A stretch of DNA of 64,000 nucleotides from Nitrososphaerales archaeon (GTDB taxonomy: Archaea > Thermoproteota > Nitrososphaeria > Nitrososphaerales > UBA213), in NCBI GenBank assembly GCA_965197925.1, contig CBDAOC010000018.1:128001-192000 (forward strand), written 5' to 3'. Below the pieces are notes generated by a model that saw only the letters and a program-made list of their open reading frames with translations, was not told the origin of the DNA and did not search any database. The position numbers and the translations under genes are program-made. Within the stretch, counting starts at the first letter, position 1. The number at the start of each line of letters is the position of its first letter. Below are positions 44,953 through 55,038 of the stretch, one piece after another.

Positions 44953-45834
44953 TCAAATCAAAAAACTCAAAACAAGCAATACTCCCACCAGCCTTGAAAA
45001 TGTTACAGTGGAACCCATGACTGGGATCAGCGTTTTGACTTCATCATGACCTTTCCTCAAAAGTCTTCCCACCCTATATGCGTGGGGTGCGGCTGCGAAA
45101 CAGATCATGGAATAAATAGGTAACATATTCAATATTATGCCAGCTAGGATCAACCCATAGATCATGACAGGGAAGAAAATAAAGAAATCTGGTGCCCTCT
45201 TCCTTCCAAGTAAAATGACAAGCGTTTTTCTTCCCCTGCTTCTGTCCGCATCATAATCAGGGAATGAATTCACAAACAATACTGAAGCTGAAAGCAGGCC
45301 AATCAAGGTGCCAACATAGAGCGGTTCAGGAAATATCACCCCCGCTTGAACAAAAAATGTGCCTAACACTATCATGGCACCCTTAACGGCTACGAACAGT
45401 TCACCCAACCCTATGTTTACTATACTCGTTGAGTAAAAGTAAATGGAAATCACTGCAAATCCTAGTATAACAGCTATCGTGATCCCTCTGACGAAGACGA
45501 AATATATTCCGATCATTGTTCCTATGGCAAGAAACATTAAACCTGCAGTGTAAATACTTGAAGGTTTCAATAAATTTTCTGGCAAAACTCCGGTACCCCC
45601 ACTGAATGGGGTTCTCTTCGTTAGCCTGTCTATTCCACGTTTGTAATCCCAATAATCATTGAGAAGATCCACACTTACGTGCAGAGATACCACACCAACA
45701 TAGGTCAGAAGAGCATAAAATGGATCTATATGCTGAAACTCCCACCATGTTACTCCCAAGCCCCCGCTAACTGCAATTATGGAAGCAAGTAGAAACCTTA
45801 TCCTTATTGCCCTGAACCAGCTCGAAAGAATCAA
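44953..45834 (-). CDS. menA: MenA-like UbiA prenyltransferase
   Basis: LLNDYWDYKRGID, TPFSGG, NSFPDYDADRSRGRKTL. Confidence 0.85.
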   Translation of the reverse strand: MILSSWFRAIRIRFLLASIIAVSGGLGVTWWEFQHIDPFYALLTYVGVVSLHVSVDLLNDYWDYKRGIDRLTKRTPFSGGTGVLPENLLKPSSIYTAGLMFLAIGTMIGIYFVFVRGITIAVILGFAVISIYFYSTSIVNIGLGELFVAVKGAMIVLGTFFVQAGVIFPEPLYVGTLIGLLSASVLFVNSFPDYDADRSRGRKTLVILLGRKRAPDFFIFFPVMIYGLILAGIILNMLPIYSMICFAAAPHAYRVGRLLRKGHDEVKTLIPVMGSTVTFSRLVGVLLVLSFLI

Positions 45835-46385
45835 ACTAAATATTCATCACATATTGTTCGTGATAAATCTTCATTCCATATTCTCCAATGTTTATTTAAA
45901 ATACCTCTTCGCGAAACTGGGAGATATTTTATCATCAATATCTATTGGGCAATCCTGACTGGTCCACGATTGAGGATTTCATGACGTAATAATTTATTAG
46001 GATCCTGTAAAATATACTGTATTTCAAGCCAGTAGAGTTTGATAGGTTGCCATTGAAGTTGATCAATATTTCCCTTTAGGATAGATTCCAAAATTTGTGC
46101 CTAACTCAAACGAAATACTGCTTATATTCAATCTTGGCCTCTTGTATCATCGCATCATGGTTTGTATCTACAAAATAATAATGAAGTTCATAACAATCGG
46201 AATGCCCCAATCATCGAAACCCAAAGTCCTCGGCCGGAATTTTCCCCCAAAAATCCTCCTTCATAACTCGTAAGGAAATCTCTACGATTTTCCTTATTAT
46301 GTGAGGAAATGCACGTTTCTTGAAACAAGTACATTATAAATATCAGTAAATTTAATTACTTATTATCCATAAAACAAAGGAAGAA

Positions 46386-46832
46386 ATGAGTTCTATTAGT
46401 GAGACACTCTTTGTTGCCACAGCCGAATCTGAGCATATTGAAATGTATCTTAAGGCTATATGGTGGATCAAGGAGCAGACCCAAAAGGTAAAAGTGAGTT
46501 CGATTGCAAAGATCTTGAGCATTAGCCAGCCTAGTGTTGTTCAAATGTTGAGGAAACTTGATGATTTGAAACTAGTCACCTACAACAAGCGTGGAGTGTA
46601 CTTTACAAAGAAAGGCGAAGTAATAGGTAAACAGATGATAAGAAATAGCAGATTATTAGAAGTTATGATGAATAATGCATTAAAGATCAATGTTGATGAA
46701 GAAATGGTCTGTGGTATTGAGCACCATATGAAAAAGAAGTTCTCAGATGCATTATGTACGTTACTAGAACATCCCGAAACATGTCCACATGGAAAAAATA
46801 TACCCCATGGTGATTGCTGCCCGATTGAATGA
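46386..46832 (+). CDS. DtxR/MntR-family metal-dependent repressor
   Basis: EMYLKAI, SQPSVVQMLRKL, RLLE, GIEHH, CPHGKNIP. Confidence 0.92.
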   Translation: MSSISETLFVATAESEHIEMYLKAIWWIKEQTQKVKVSSIAKILSISQPSVVQMLRKLDDLKLVTYNKRGVYFTKKGEVIGKQMIRNSRLLEVMMNNALKINVDEEMVCGIEHHMKKKFSDALCTLLEHPETCPHGKNIPHGDCCPIE

Positions 46833-47273
46833 TCATCAGTATAGGCTCAGACTAATCATGTAACCTAGTTGACGCTGGTATTTTGTCTAGGAGAGACGGA
46901 CTATGGGATGACCCACAACGATGCTCTCCCAGCTTAGGCAAGAGGGGATATTAGTCAATAACCAAGTGCGGACTTGTTTGGACATATTGGTTATCCCCAC
47001 TTTATGATGTTACTATTCTGAATGTTTTATACCCTGGGATTGGTAGCAGCAAAACCATTGCAACATTGATATGTTTGGAATGATTGTATCGATAGATGCC
47101 GATCGATAAACAATAGGATTAGCATACTATTCTCTGAATTTCAGAGTGATGTTACCAACCGATTATTTGCATCATATTCAATTGGATAAAAAATAATGGA
47201 GGAAATTGATATCATAATAGTTGATATCATAATAGTTTAGAGCTCAATTGGAGAGCCTGCCTAAGTTTAACTA

Positions 47274-48056
47274 TTAAGCTTGAATTTTTACTCCCCTTTG
47301 AGCCTTTATTATAAATCTATCACGGATCCGCACACTTATCCAGTCTATTATCAGCACTGTAGCAAGCACTACTAACATGAACACAGCTGCTTTGCCATAT
47401 TCGAAGAACTTTATGTAATTTATTATGTAAAAACCTATACCACCTGCCCCAACGAGTCCAAGGATACTCGTCTGTCTTACATTGTAATCGAACATGTACA
47501 ACAACTGGCTGAGAAGATGTGGTGCAGATTCAGGTACTACCACATATTGCAGTAATTGCAACTTAGAAACTCCTATGGCGCCTACCGCTTCCATCGGATC
47601 TGAATCTATAGCTTCTATGGATTCATATTGCAATTTAGAGATGAAACCTATTGTATACATTGTGATAGCAAGTATCCCAGCAAATGGTCCTAGTCCGACC
47701 ATGATCACGAAAAGTATTGCCCAAAGTATGGACGGGAATGTTCTTATCGCTGCCAGCAGCGCTCTTATCGGTGCATAAACGAATTTGCTGTTAAGGTTTC
47801 TTGCGGCCAACATACTTAATGGTAGCGAAATCGCTACACCAACTATAGTTCCTATGAAAGCCATTTGTATAGTTTCTATCATAGACCAGAATGCGGTTCC
47901 GAACAATGTGGGTTCAACATGTACCATCTCTTCCACAACTATCATCACGTTCGGAATTCCTTTCACAAACTGGGCAGGATCTACACCAACGTTAAAAGAA
48001 GCAAAAACAAGTGCTGCTATTACTAATCCTATAACAATATTGTCCTTAGGATTCAT
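47274..48056 (-). CDS. phnE: PhnE-type ABC permease
   Basis: ETIQMAFIGT, RTFPSILWA, DYNVRQTSILGLVGAGGIG. Confidence 0.9.
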   Translation of the reverse strand: MNPKDNIVIGLVIAALVFASFNVGVDPAQFVKGIPNVMIVVEEMVHVEPTLFGTAFWSMIETIQMAFIGTIVGVAISLPLSMLAARNLNSKFVYAPIRALLAAIRTFPSILWAILFVIMVGLGPFAGILAITMYTIGFISKLQYESIEAIDSDPMEAVGAIGVSKLQLLQYVVVPESAPHLLSQLLYMFDYNVRQTSILGLVGAGGIGFYIINYIKFFEYGKAAVFMLVVLATVLIIDWISVRIRDRFIIKAQRGVKIQA

Positions 48057-48840
48057 GCGTGTTGAATAACCCCACCACTTCTTCTCTCTCAGTTTCGTTA
48101 GGTTTGAATTCAGCAATCTTGTCTCCTTGCTTGATCACTGCAACTATATCCGCATAATCAAATGCGAGAGATACATCATGATGCACCATAATAGCTGTTA
48201 GATTTAATCTTCGCCTGGAATCCATAAGTAAATCCATAATTTCCCTGGCTGTAACATAATCTAACTCTGATACAATCTCGTCCGCAAGCAAAAGTTCAGG
48301 CTTCTGCACCAATGCTCTAGCAATTGCAACTCTTTTCTTCTCTCCACCACTTAGCATGTAGATCTTCCTTTCGGCTTTACCTTCAAGACCCACAAGTTTC
48401 AGTGACATTTCTGCATCACCTACTTCCTTATCTGGAAATATCTTGAAGAATGATTTGATCTTGCTTACTCTGGGTAGAGCACCAATAAGCAGATTTTCCA
48501 TTACTGTCAAGTTCTTTACCAGTCCTAAATTTTGGGGTATATATCCGATTTTAGGCAAGATTACCTTAAACTTATTATCACGCATATTCGGGCTTCTGCC
48601 AAAAACCTCGATTTGACCCTTGTTGGGCATCACCATACCGTTTACAAGTTTAAGCAAAGTAGTTTTTCCAGAACCTGATGGGCCTATAACAGTATAATTT
48701 TTGCCAATTTCAACAGATAAGTTGATTCCCCGTAAAGCATAACTCCTTCCGTCGTAAGATGCCCAAACATCATGCATTTGCAATATTGAACCGGTAGATA
48801 GATAATTTGCTGAGGTTTCGATTTCCATCAATCTGATCAC
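48046..48840 (-). CDS. phnC: PhnC-type ABC ATPase
   Basis: GPSGSGKTT, LSGGEKKRVAIARAL, LLADE. Confidence 0.9.
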   Translation of the reverse strand: MIRLMEIETSANYLSTGSILQMHDVWASYDGRSYALRGINLSVEIGKNYTVIGPSGSGKTTLLKLVNGMVMPNKGQIEVFGRSPNMRDNKFKVILPKIGYIPQNLGLVKNLTVMENLLIGALPRVSKIKSFFKIFPDKEVGDAEMSLKLVGLEGKAERKIYMLSGGEKKRVAIARALVQKPELLLADEIVSELDYVTAREIMDLLMDSRRRLNLTAIMVHHDVSLAFDYADIVAVIKQGDKIAEFKPNETEREEVVGLFNTHES

Positions 48841-49796
48841 TTTATTTTGTCCAATATTTTTTCCTCTAAGCCAACAAGCGCATTTATTTTGTCTCCAAAG
48901 TCTCCAACGTGCATTGTAGTAGTTGTTGGAAGCAGAGCTTCAGCACCATATATTTCGCGTAGTATTTGATTATGCTCGTCGTAGTTCAACTCAGTCATAG
49001 CCCTGACCAACAAGTTCTTTATTATCCTAGGCATATTCTTGTCAACAACGAAGACGTGAGATGGTACAGGTCCTATCTTCTCAACTATCCTTATCTTACC
49101 CTGATCCTCTGGGGTAAGAAATCTTTGTGGTGCATCTTCGGCACCAAATGCAACATCAACATTACCATTTACTAAAAGCTTAAGCGCTGACTTGTATCCT
49201 CCAGCAAAAGTGTAGCTCCTGAATTCTTTGACCAATGCCGATTCAAGCGCTACCAAGTCATTACCATCTACCTTGATTAACCCCTTTTCAATCAGCGTTC
49301 CTATTGGCCTTACAAATCCAGAAGAACCCGTCATGCTGGTGAATGCAACCCTTTTGCCTATAACATCATCCAATGTTTTGATAGAATCATCACCTGCCCT
49401 GGCGAATACTGTAGCCTGATAGTAAATCTTTCCATCAACTACTTCTGCAAGTACAATTTCTGCACCAGTTTTCTTATGAGTTATCCAACCAGGCCCAGCG
49501 TCCATAAATGCAGCATGTACATGCCCAAATCGCAGTCCTTCAATCAATGCCTCGTATGAGGTAGGTACCAACACTTCCACATCAAGTCTATACCTAAACT
49601 TTTCTTCAAGATACTCTTCTAGATCTTTTGCCTTTGGTGTTAATTCTTCCGCCTTTTCTGTAGGTATAAACCCGATGACCAACTTCTTAAAGTTCCTATG
49701 CTCCGCATCTGCTGTCTGTGACATTACAAACATTCCTACAAGTGTACCAATTAGCACAACAGCCAACGAGATTACTGCGACATTTTTTGTTTTCAT
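48837..49796 (-). CDS. phnD: PhnD-type substrate-binding protein
   Basis: GFIPTE, YEALIEGLRFG, TSMTGSSGFVRP; N-terminal TM. Confidence 0.88.
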   Translation of the reverse strand: MKTKNVAVISLAVVLIGTLVGMFVMSQTADAEHRNFKKLVIGFIPTEKAEELTPKAKDLEEYLEEKFRYRLDVEVLVPTSYEALIEGLRFGHVHAAFMDAGPGWITHKKTGAEIVLAEVVDGKIYYQATVFARAGDDSIKTLDDVIGKRVAFTSMTGSSGFVRPIGTLIEKGLIKVDGNDLVALESALVKEFRSYTFAGGYKSALKLLVNGNVDVAFGAEDAPQRFLTPEDQGKIRIVEKIGPVPSHVFVVDKNMPRIIKNLLVRAMTELNYDEHNQILREIYGAEALLPTTTTMHVGDFGDKINALVGLEEKILDKIK

Positions 49797-49808
49797 TAGC
49801 CCACCCAA

Positions 49809-49848
49809 TTAGGATTGCCTAATTAGGCAGGCCTAATCTTATTTAAAC
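49809..49848 (-). promoter_or_regulatory. Tandem TTAGG-N4-CCTAA palindromic operators immediately downstream of a TATA box
   Basis: TTAGGATTGCCTAA (49809-49822) and TTAGGCAGGCCTAA (49823-49836); minus-strand TTTAAATAA at about 49839-49847. Confidence 0.75.
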
Positions 49849-51304
49849 ATTCTTGAACGGGATTCTGTCAATTCTTGTATTGTCAAAATCGTATTGGTAA
49901 AAGGTGTATTGGATACAGGTATCCTATCTATTGTTGAGCTGGGTAACATTTTTCAATAATATGCCGACCTACTCAGTCGTTTAAAATCAACCCTAATATT
50001 TTATCTTGATCTTTCTGCAAATCCAATGGTAAGAACTAAGTACTTTTGTAGTAAACACGATTATAGAAAATACTCCAAGTCTTGCCCTGAACAATTCCAA
50101 AGCTCCAAGAATATCATTTCTCTGCGATAATACACTGGCAGGCATGTACCTCGTGTCCGGATCAATAGCTATGGAAGATTTAGAGGCATACCTAGAAGTG
50201 AAGATCTTGAACTAGGAATAGCAACATTCCTGATGTATCCTAACGGAGTATCGCTAGTGCCTGGTATTACCGTGGAAGTCTCTGGCAGAAGGATAAAGGA
50301 CCAATACGATGCTGACTATAACCATGCATACCGCCACGACAAGATAACAAACGTCTAATTCAGGCATTTGGTGTTTGACCCCCGTTTGTAGGGCGTTTGT
50401 TGATTTTGTTAACATTGTTAACAGAAAACTTATGAACGGATCAAACGGGCTTAAAACGTTATATATACACCAAACAGGAGACCGAACAATAGAAGAACCC
50501 GTTCGGTCATAGATCAACAAAAAAGGATAGACCGTCGTCATCGCATCAAGGAATCTTAAATCTGAACTAGAATTTAGATATAATATCCCAATCTTGGCCT
50601 TTACCGTGACGTGGAGGCACCAAACGCCTAAAACCAAACGCAAAACCTACTGTATATAGTATACGTGAGTAGGCGTTTGGCGTTTGGTCTGATTGACAGT
50701 ATTACCACGTTCTATATCATAAAATGAAAAAGTCGAAAAGTGTACTAAGAAGCCTGAAACGGCACAATGACCATTGGGCCTTTCCCAACATAGACCAAGA
50801 TATAATCAACTAACGTAATCTTATCCAATTAATACATAATTAAGAAGGATTAGGAATCTATCGCATTGAGTAAAAGTCAATTTCTTTAGGCATTCTTCTG
50901 TTTTAAGAAAATGAAATATAACTTCACCCTTCTTTCCATTCCTACCCTGGATACCAAGTCAAGTTGGAAGTCGCGGATGTTCAGTATGTTAATGGTAGGA
51001 TATCCTTAGATTTCTGAAGTATCTCAAGCATAAACCGAAAAACCATTTCGTCTGGGTTTAGAAGTTCCTTAGCAAGTCGCATAGATCGCGTAGGATTGTG
51101 CAGGACTTTTACTCTATTGTGCCGCCGGTGGGAAATTAAGTATGAGTTAAAGTCCTACACATTTTGTGCAGACATTATTCTTTTTTGAGGTTTTTTGTGA
51201 TAGAATTGCTATAAACACATTCAACATCGCTTTGTTAAGCGTAGTTCGCCTTGCACGATAGAAATTCAGTAAACTGCACTTCAATTGGGTTTGCAAGAAA
51301 TGTA

Positions 51305-51330
51305 GCGGGCCTGGTGGGATTTGGACCCAC
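51305..51330 (-). other. tRNA 3'-end fragment (T-arm plus acceptor strand), att-like scar
   Basis: Minus strand GTGGGTCCAAATCCCACCAGGCCCGC: GTGGG/CCCAC stem with T-loop-like loop; no 5' half present. Confidence 0.65.
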
Positions 51331-51655
51331 AGTGCGTCCAAATCAATTGAACTAATCAGGTGACATAACGGCAGAAGCTATTGGGGTGGCTACATAATCC
51401 CTACCCAATTTTTTTTAGAATTTTGTTGATTGGGATTATTCATAAGGTAAAGCTCTTTTTAGTTTGTCTAATTCGTAATCTAATTTTCTGTACAATTCTG
51501 ATTGCCCACCTATGAGAGAACTTATCGGTCGCCTAGCGGGGAGAACTTAACCAAGTAAGACATCATCTCCTATTATTTCATCCAATCTTTTTGGTTCTTT
51601 TAACGGGTTCTATTAACTTTCAAGTCTCGACTGCAAATAAAGGAAATTATAGATT

Positions 51656-52321
51656 TTAAGCTGGTGTCTTTTCTTTCCTGTGCCACTCATAAGTGTCACA
51701 AAATACTCCGTCATCTACGACACATATCTGAGAAGTGGTTTCCGTCCCACATGTGCAATCGGACTTCCAGAGCCCGCCTGTAGACAGACCAGCACTAACC
51801 CACCTACCTAAAAAGGTAGATGCTGCCCCCCAGAAACCACCTACGTCTGGGAGTCTCCGCTCAAGAGTTTGTATATCTGGTGTATTGACCGTATCACGCA
51901 AAGGTGGCACTGAGGCAATAAGATTATCTAACCCTTCTTCAATTCCAAATCGTCTCACCAAGTCAGGTTCTTTCAGCCGTGCCTTCAAAATCTCATCGCT
52001 AAGTTTTCTTACAAACAGAGAAAGGGCTACCAGTAAGCTCCTCCGGCTCCTAATCACGTCCTCTACCGGCGTGTTATTGTCTTGTCTTGAACATTCTTGG
52101 AAGTGTGTGCTAAGATCAGCCGCTGTACTGTGTAAAATACGGTCTGTATAGCCAAGCTCAACTACACGATTCTCAAGCCTTTCAAATGACTGAGAGGCTT
52201 CTTCGAGTTTCCTTTGAACATTCATATTTTGATCAGTAAATGCCTTCCCTACAGATTCTAGTGTTGCCGCAAATGCTTGTACCGCAGGCAGATCTCTCTC
52301 AAGCACGTCATTTTCTGACAT
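51656..52321 (-). CDS. Hypothetical protein, helical N-terminus and Cys-rich tail
   Basis: 221-aa ORF, visibly GC-richer than flanks. Confidence 0.65.
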   Translation of the reverse strand: MSENDVLERDLPAVQAFAATLESVGKAFTDQNMNVQRKLEEASQSFERLENRVVELGYTDRILHSTAADLSTHFQECSRQDNNTPVEDVIRSRRSLLVALSLFVRKLSDEILKARLKEPDLVRRFGIEEGLDNLIASVPPLRDTVNTPDIQTLERRLPDVGGFWGAASTFLGRWVSAGLSTGGLWKSDCTCGTETTSQICVVDDGVFCDTYEWHRKEKTPA

Positions 52322-52586
52322 ATGTTCTATAATATCTAGATGGTTATCAAGTTCATCGTGATGTTTTTAGCCTGTTAACACTTTATCGAATAATTACCCA
52401 GTTATAGCAGTTGTCCACGCCATTTTGGATTCATTGCAATGAACATTTTGTATATTAATGCTTTTAGCATTAGTTCCTTTACCATATTCTTCCACTAAGA
52501 AAGAACTAGGTCACCCCTTCTTCTCAATTTATGAAGCAAAGATCCAACTAGACAAATTCATCTATTGAATAATGACTTTTAAAAAT

Positions 52587-53006
52587 CTACAACCAAATGG
52601 TTTTTGCTTCGCTACTATCCGTAGTTACTTTCCTAATAGCTATATGATCGAAATCTTTTCCTTCTCGAGCACCATGCCAGTGTAATTTGCCCGCTGGTAC
52701 GCAAAATGTATCGTATTTTTCTCCATCAAGATCAAATTTGCATACTTCAGATTTTTCAAGTTCATTATCCCGACTGGACGAAATTTTTTCAAAAATTACA
52801 ACAACGCCTTTCCCCTTAGTAGCAATCAGTATCTGCTCAGATAGGTGATAATGCAGTCTGGTTCTAGCACCTTTTTTGAAGCTAACATAATACATTTCTT
52901 GTTCCTTAGATTCATGTTCATCTAGGATTGTTTTTAAATCAACTTTACCTATAAAATTTTTACCGCCATCTTTCCCTTTAATAGAATTAATGTGCTTTAT
53001 CTCCAA
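52587..53006 (-). CDS. Cupin domain protein
   Basis: VSFKKGARTRLHYH..EQIL and VPAGKLHWHGA cupin motifs. Confidence 0.88.
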   Translation of the reverse strand: MEIKHINSIKGKDGGKNFIGKVDLKTILDEHESKEQEMYYVSFKKGARTRLHYHLSEQILIATKGKGVVVIFEKISSSRDNELEKSEVCKFDLDGEKYDTFCVPAGKLHWHGAREGKDFDHIAIRKVTTDSSEAKTIWL

Positions 53007-53173
53007 TAATTATCTGCCATGTTCATGATCAATATATTTGTTGAATTATACAAAAAATCAAGGGAACATGAGGAAAAATATATCAAGCTAATGAACTGTC
53101 TCTATACATGTTAAAGTAATTAATGCGTATGACAACCATTTTAATATTTTCAAAATCAGGTTAAACAGATGCA

Positions 53174-54628
53174 ATGTTTAAGGAATATAGATCTTGGATC
53201 ATAAGTGTAATATTCGGTCTTCTCATATCGGTTCCTGCATACCAAGTATCAGCTCAAAGTAATATATTGATAAACGAAGTTGAAATTAATCCTAGCCATG
53301 ATAACCCATACGGTCCTTCCGTTCAATGGGTTGAACTTTACAATCCTTCAGCCAGTCCAGTAAATTTAGGTGGGTGGGTTATAACTTCCAATTCCACAAA
53401 TTTTACAATCACAATTGAGAAAGATATAATCCTAATTCCCAAAACCTACCTTATAATAGGTGCCGGCTCTAGGGCGTTTGATTCACAATGGTTTAGTAAC
53501 TCTAATGAGACTATAGTTTTAGTTGATTCTCGTGGAACTATTATTGATAGTATAGGTCCCTTCACTGATGATGTGAATGTTAGCTACACATGGCAACGGT
53601 TAGCAGTCGACAATGATAATTGGGTATTTGATACACCGAATCCAACAGGCAAACGCTTAGTATATTATGGTAAATCCAGCAAATTGTTACCTGATCACTC
53701 CCCGGTGGAGATTCATGCCGAGCTATCTAACAACGACACATTATTAATTTCAATAAATAATACGAAACAAATTTTCGGCCTACATCATTTCTTCATCGGT
53801 ACCAATGATGCAATTATTGAAGAGGCTACTCTTCCAGAGGGATGGAAAGAAATTACAACATATGATTATCCTTATGATGATGACAATATTTTTACTACCA
53901 AAAGTTCCTTTGTGACAGATATTAATCCCATAATTCCAAACGAATCAAAGGAATTTCAGTTTAAGATTAGTTTACTTTCTCCCAGAATAATGTTTGAATA
54001 TGCGGCGTTCAATGAAGCTGGAGATTATAACTACGGAATTTACCACGTTAAGACCGCATTTATCAAGGATTCAAATCCACAACGTCCTTCAGATCTCAAC
54101 AATGTGACTATTGGGATGAGAAGATCATCATGTTTGTTCGGCTGTTTTTCTTATACCTTAAATATTGAGGGGGATGGTACTGTTCTTTTTGAAGGGAAAA
54201 CATTTGTAACAACTAAAGAAATCCAAGTCTACCAAATACCCCAAGATAAAGTGGAAGAACTTGTAAATGAGTTCTTTAGAATTGATTACTTCTCCTTGAA
54301 AAATGAACATAGATCTTATCGAGTCATGGATTTACCTTCTGAAATAACTTGGATTACAATAAATAGTGTATCAAAGTATGTTAATAATAATGGCTGGAAT
54401 GCACCAGAGGAATTATATGAATTGCAAAGGAAGATAGATGAGGTAGCTAATTCCAAACAATGGATGGAACAATCAGCTACAAAAGCAACCTTAGCAGGAC
54501 AAAATGATGTGAACAATCTTGGAATGCCGGCGTTTCTTATCATTGGAATGATTATTGTTGCGATCGTAATATCAATTATAATTGCAACGAAAACAAAATT
54601 GTTAAAATTGCCGAAGAAAAATATCTAA
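53174..54628 (+). CDS. Secreted, membrane-anchored protein with lamin-tail domain
   Basis: Signal peptide; ILINEVEINP..WVELYNP..VNLGGW; RSSCLFGC.SY..I.GDG.V.FEG domain; C-terminal TM. Confidence 0.8.
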   Translation: MFKEYRSWIISVIFGLLISVPAYQVSAQSNILINEVEINPSHDNPYGPSVQWVELYNPSASPVNLGGWVITSNSTNFTITIEKDIILIPKTYLIIGAGSRAFDSQWFSNSNETIVLVDSRGTIIDSIGPFTDDVNVSYTWQRLAVDNDNWVFDTPNPTGKRLVYYGKSSKLLPDHSPVEIHAELSNNDTLLISINNTKQIFGLHHFFIGTNDAIIEEATLPEGWKEITTYDYPYDDDNIFTTKSSFVTDINPIIPNESKEFQFKISLLSPRIMFEYAAFNEAGDYNYGIYHVKTAFIKDSNPQRPSDLNNVTIGMRRSSCLFGCFSYTLNIEGDGTVLFEGKTFVTTKEIQVYQIPQDKVEELVNEFFRIDYFSLKNEHRSYRVMDLPSEITWITINSVSKYVNNNGWNAPEELYELQRKIDEVANSKQWMEQSATKATLAGQNDVNNLGMPAFLIIGMIIVAIVISIIIATKTKLLKLPKKNI

Positions 54629-55038
54629 TATTCTTTCTTTGGAAAATAACAAAAGTAAATCAATATTATTTTTGTAAAAATATCTTGACCTCATCAGGCA
54701 CTAAATTTCACATTAGAAGTTGAATTATATCTGTCTTAGAATTTCTCCACTAGGATTTCCTACAGTGTGAATGTTAACATACGTATTGCCTAACATCATC
54801 CCAGTAATGAGTACAAATCTCTCCCGGCCCATTGTAGTTTGGAGTATAAACAAAGTACAGACGTTTTGCCAGTAAGCCAGGGGGTGGCTACATAACCCCT
54901 TTCTCTTTTTTTCAGTGAATGAGACTTTTATCTTGTTCTAACTTTTCTTCCTGTTAATCAATCTGATATTGGCGATTCAGAATTATCATTATTATTCTTG
55001 AACCGAAAAGTGATTTTAAATCTAGAAACGATTCATCT

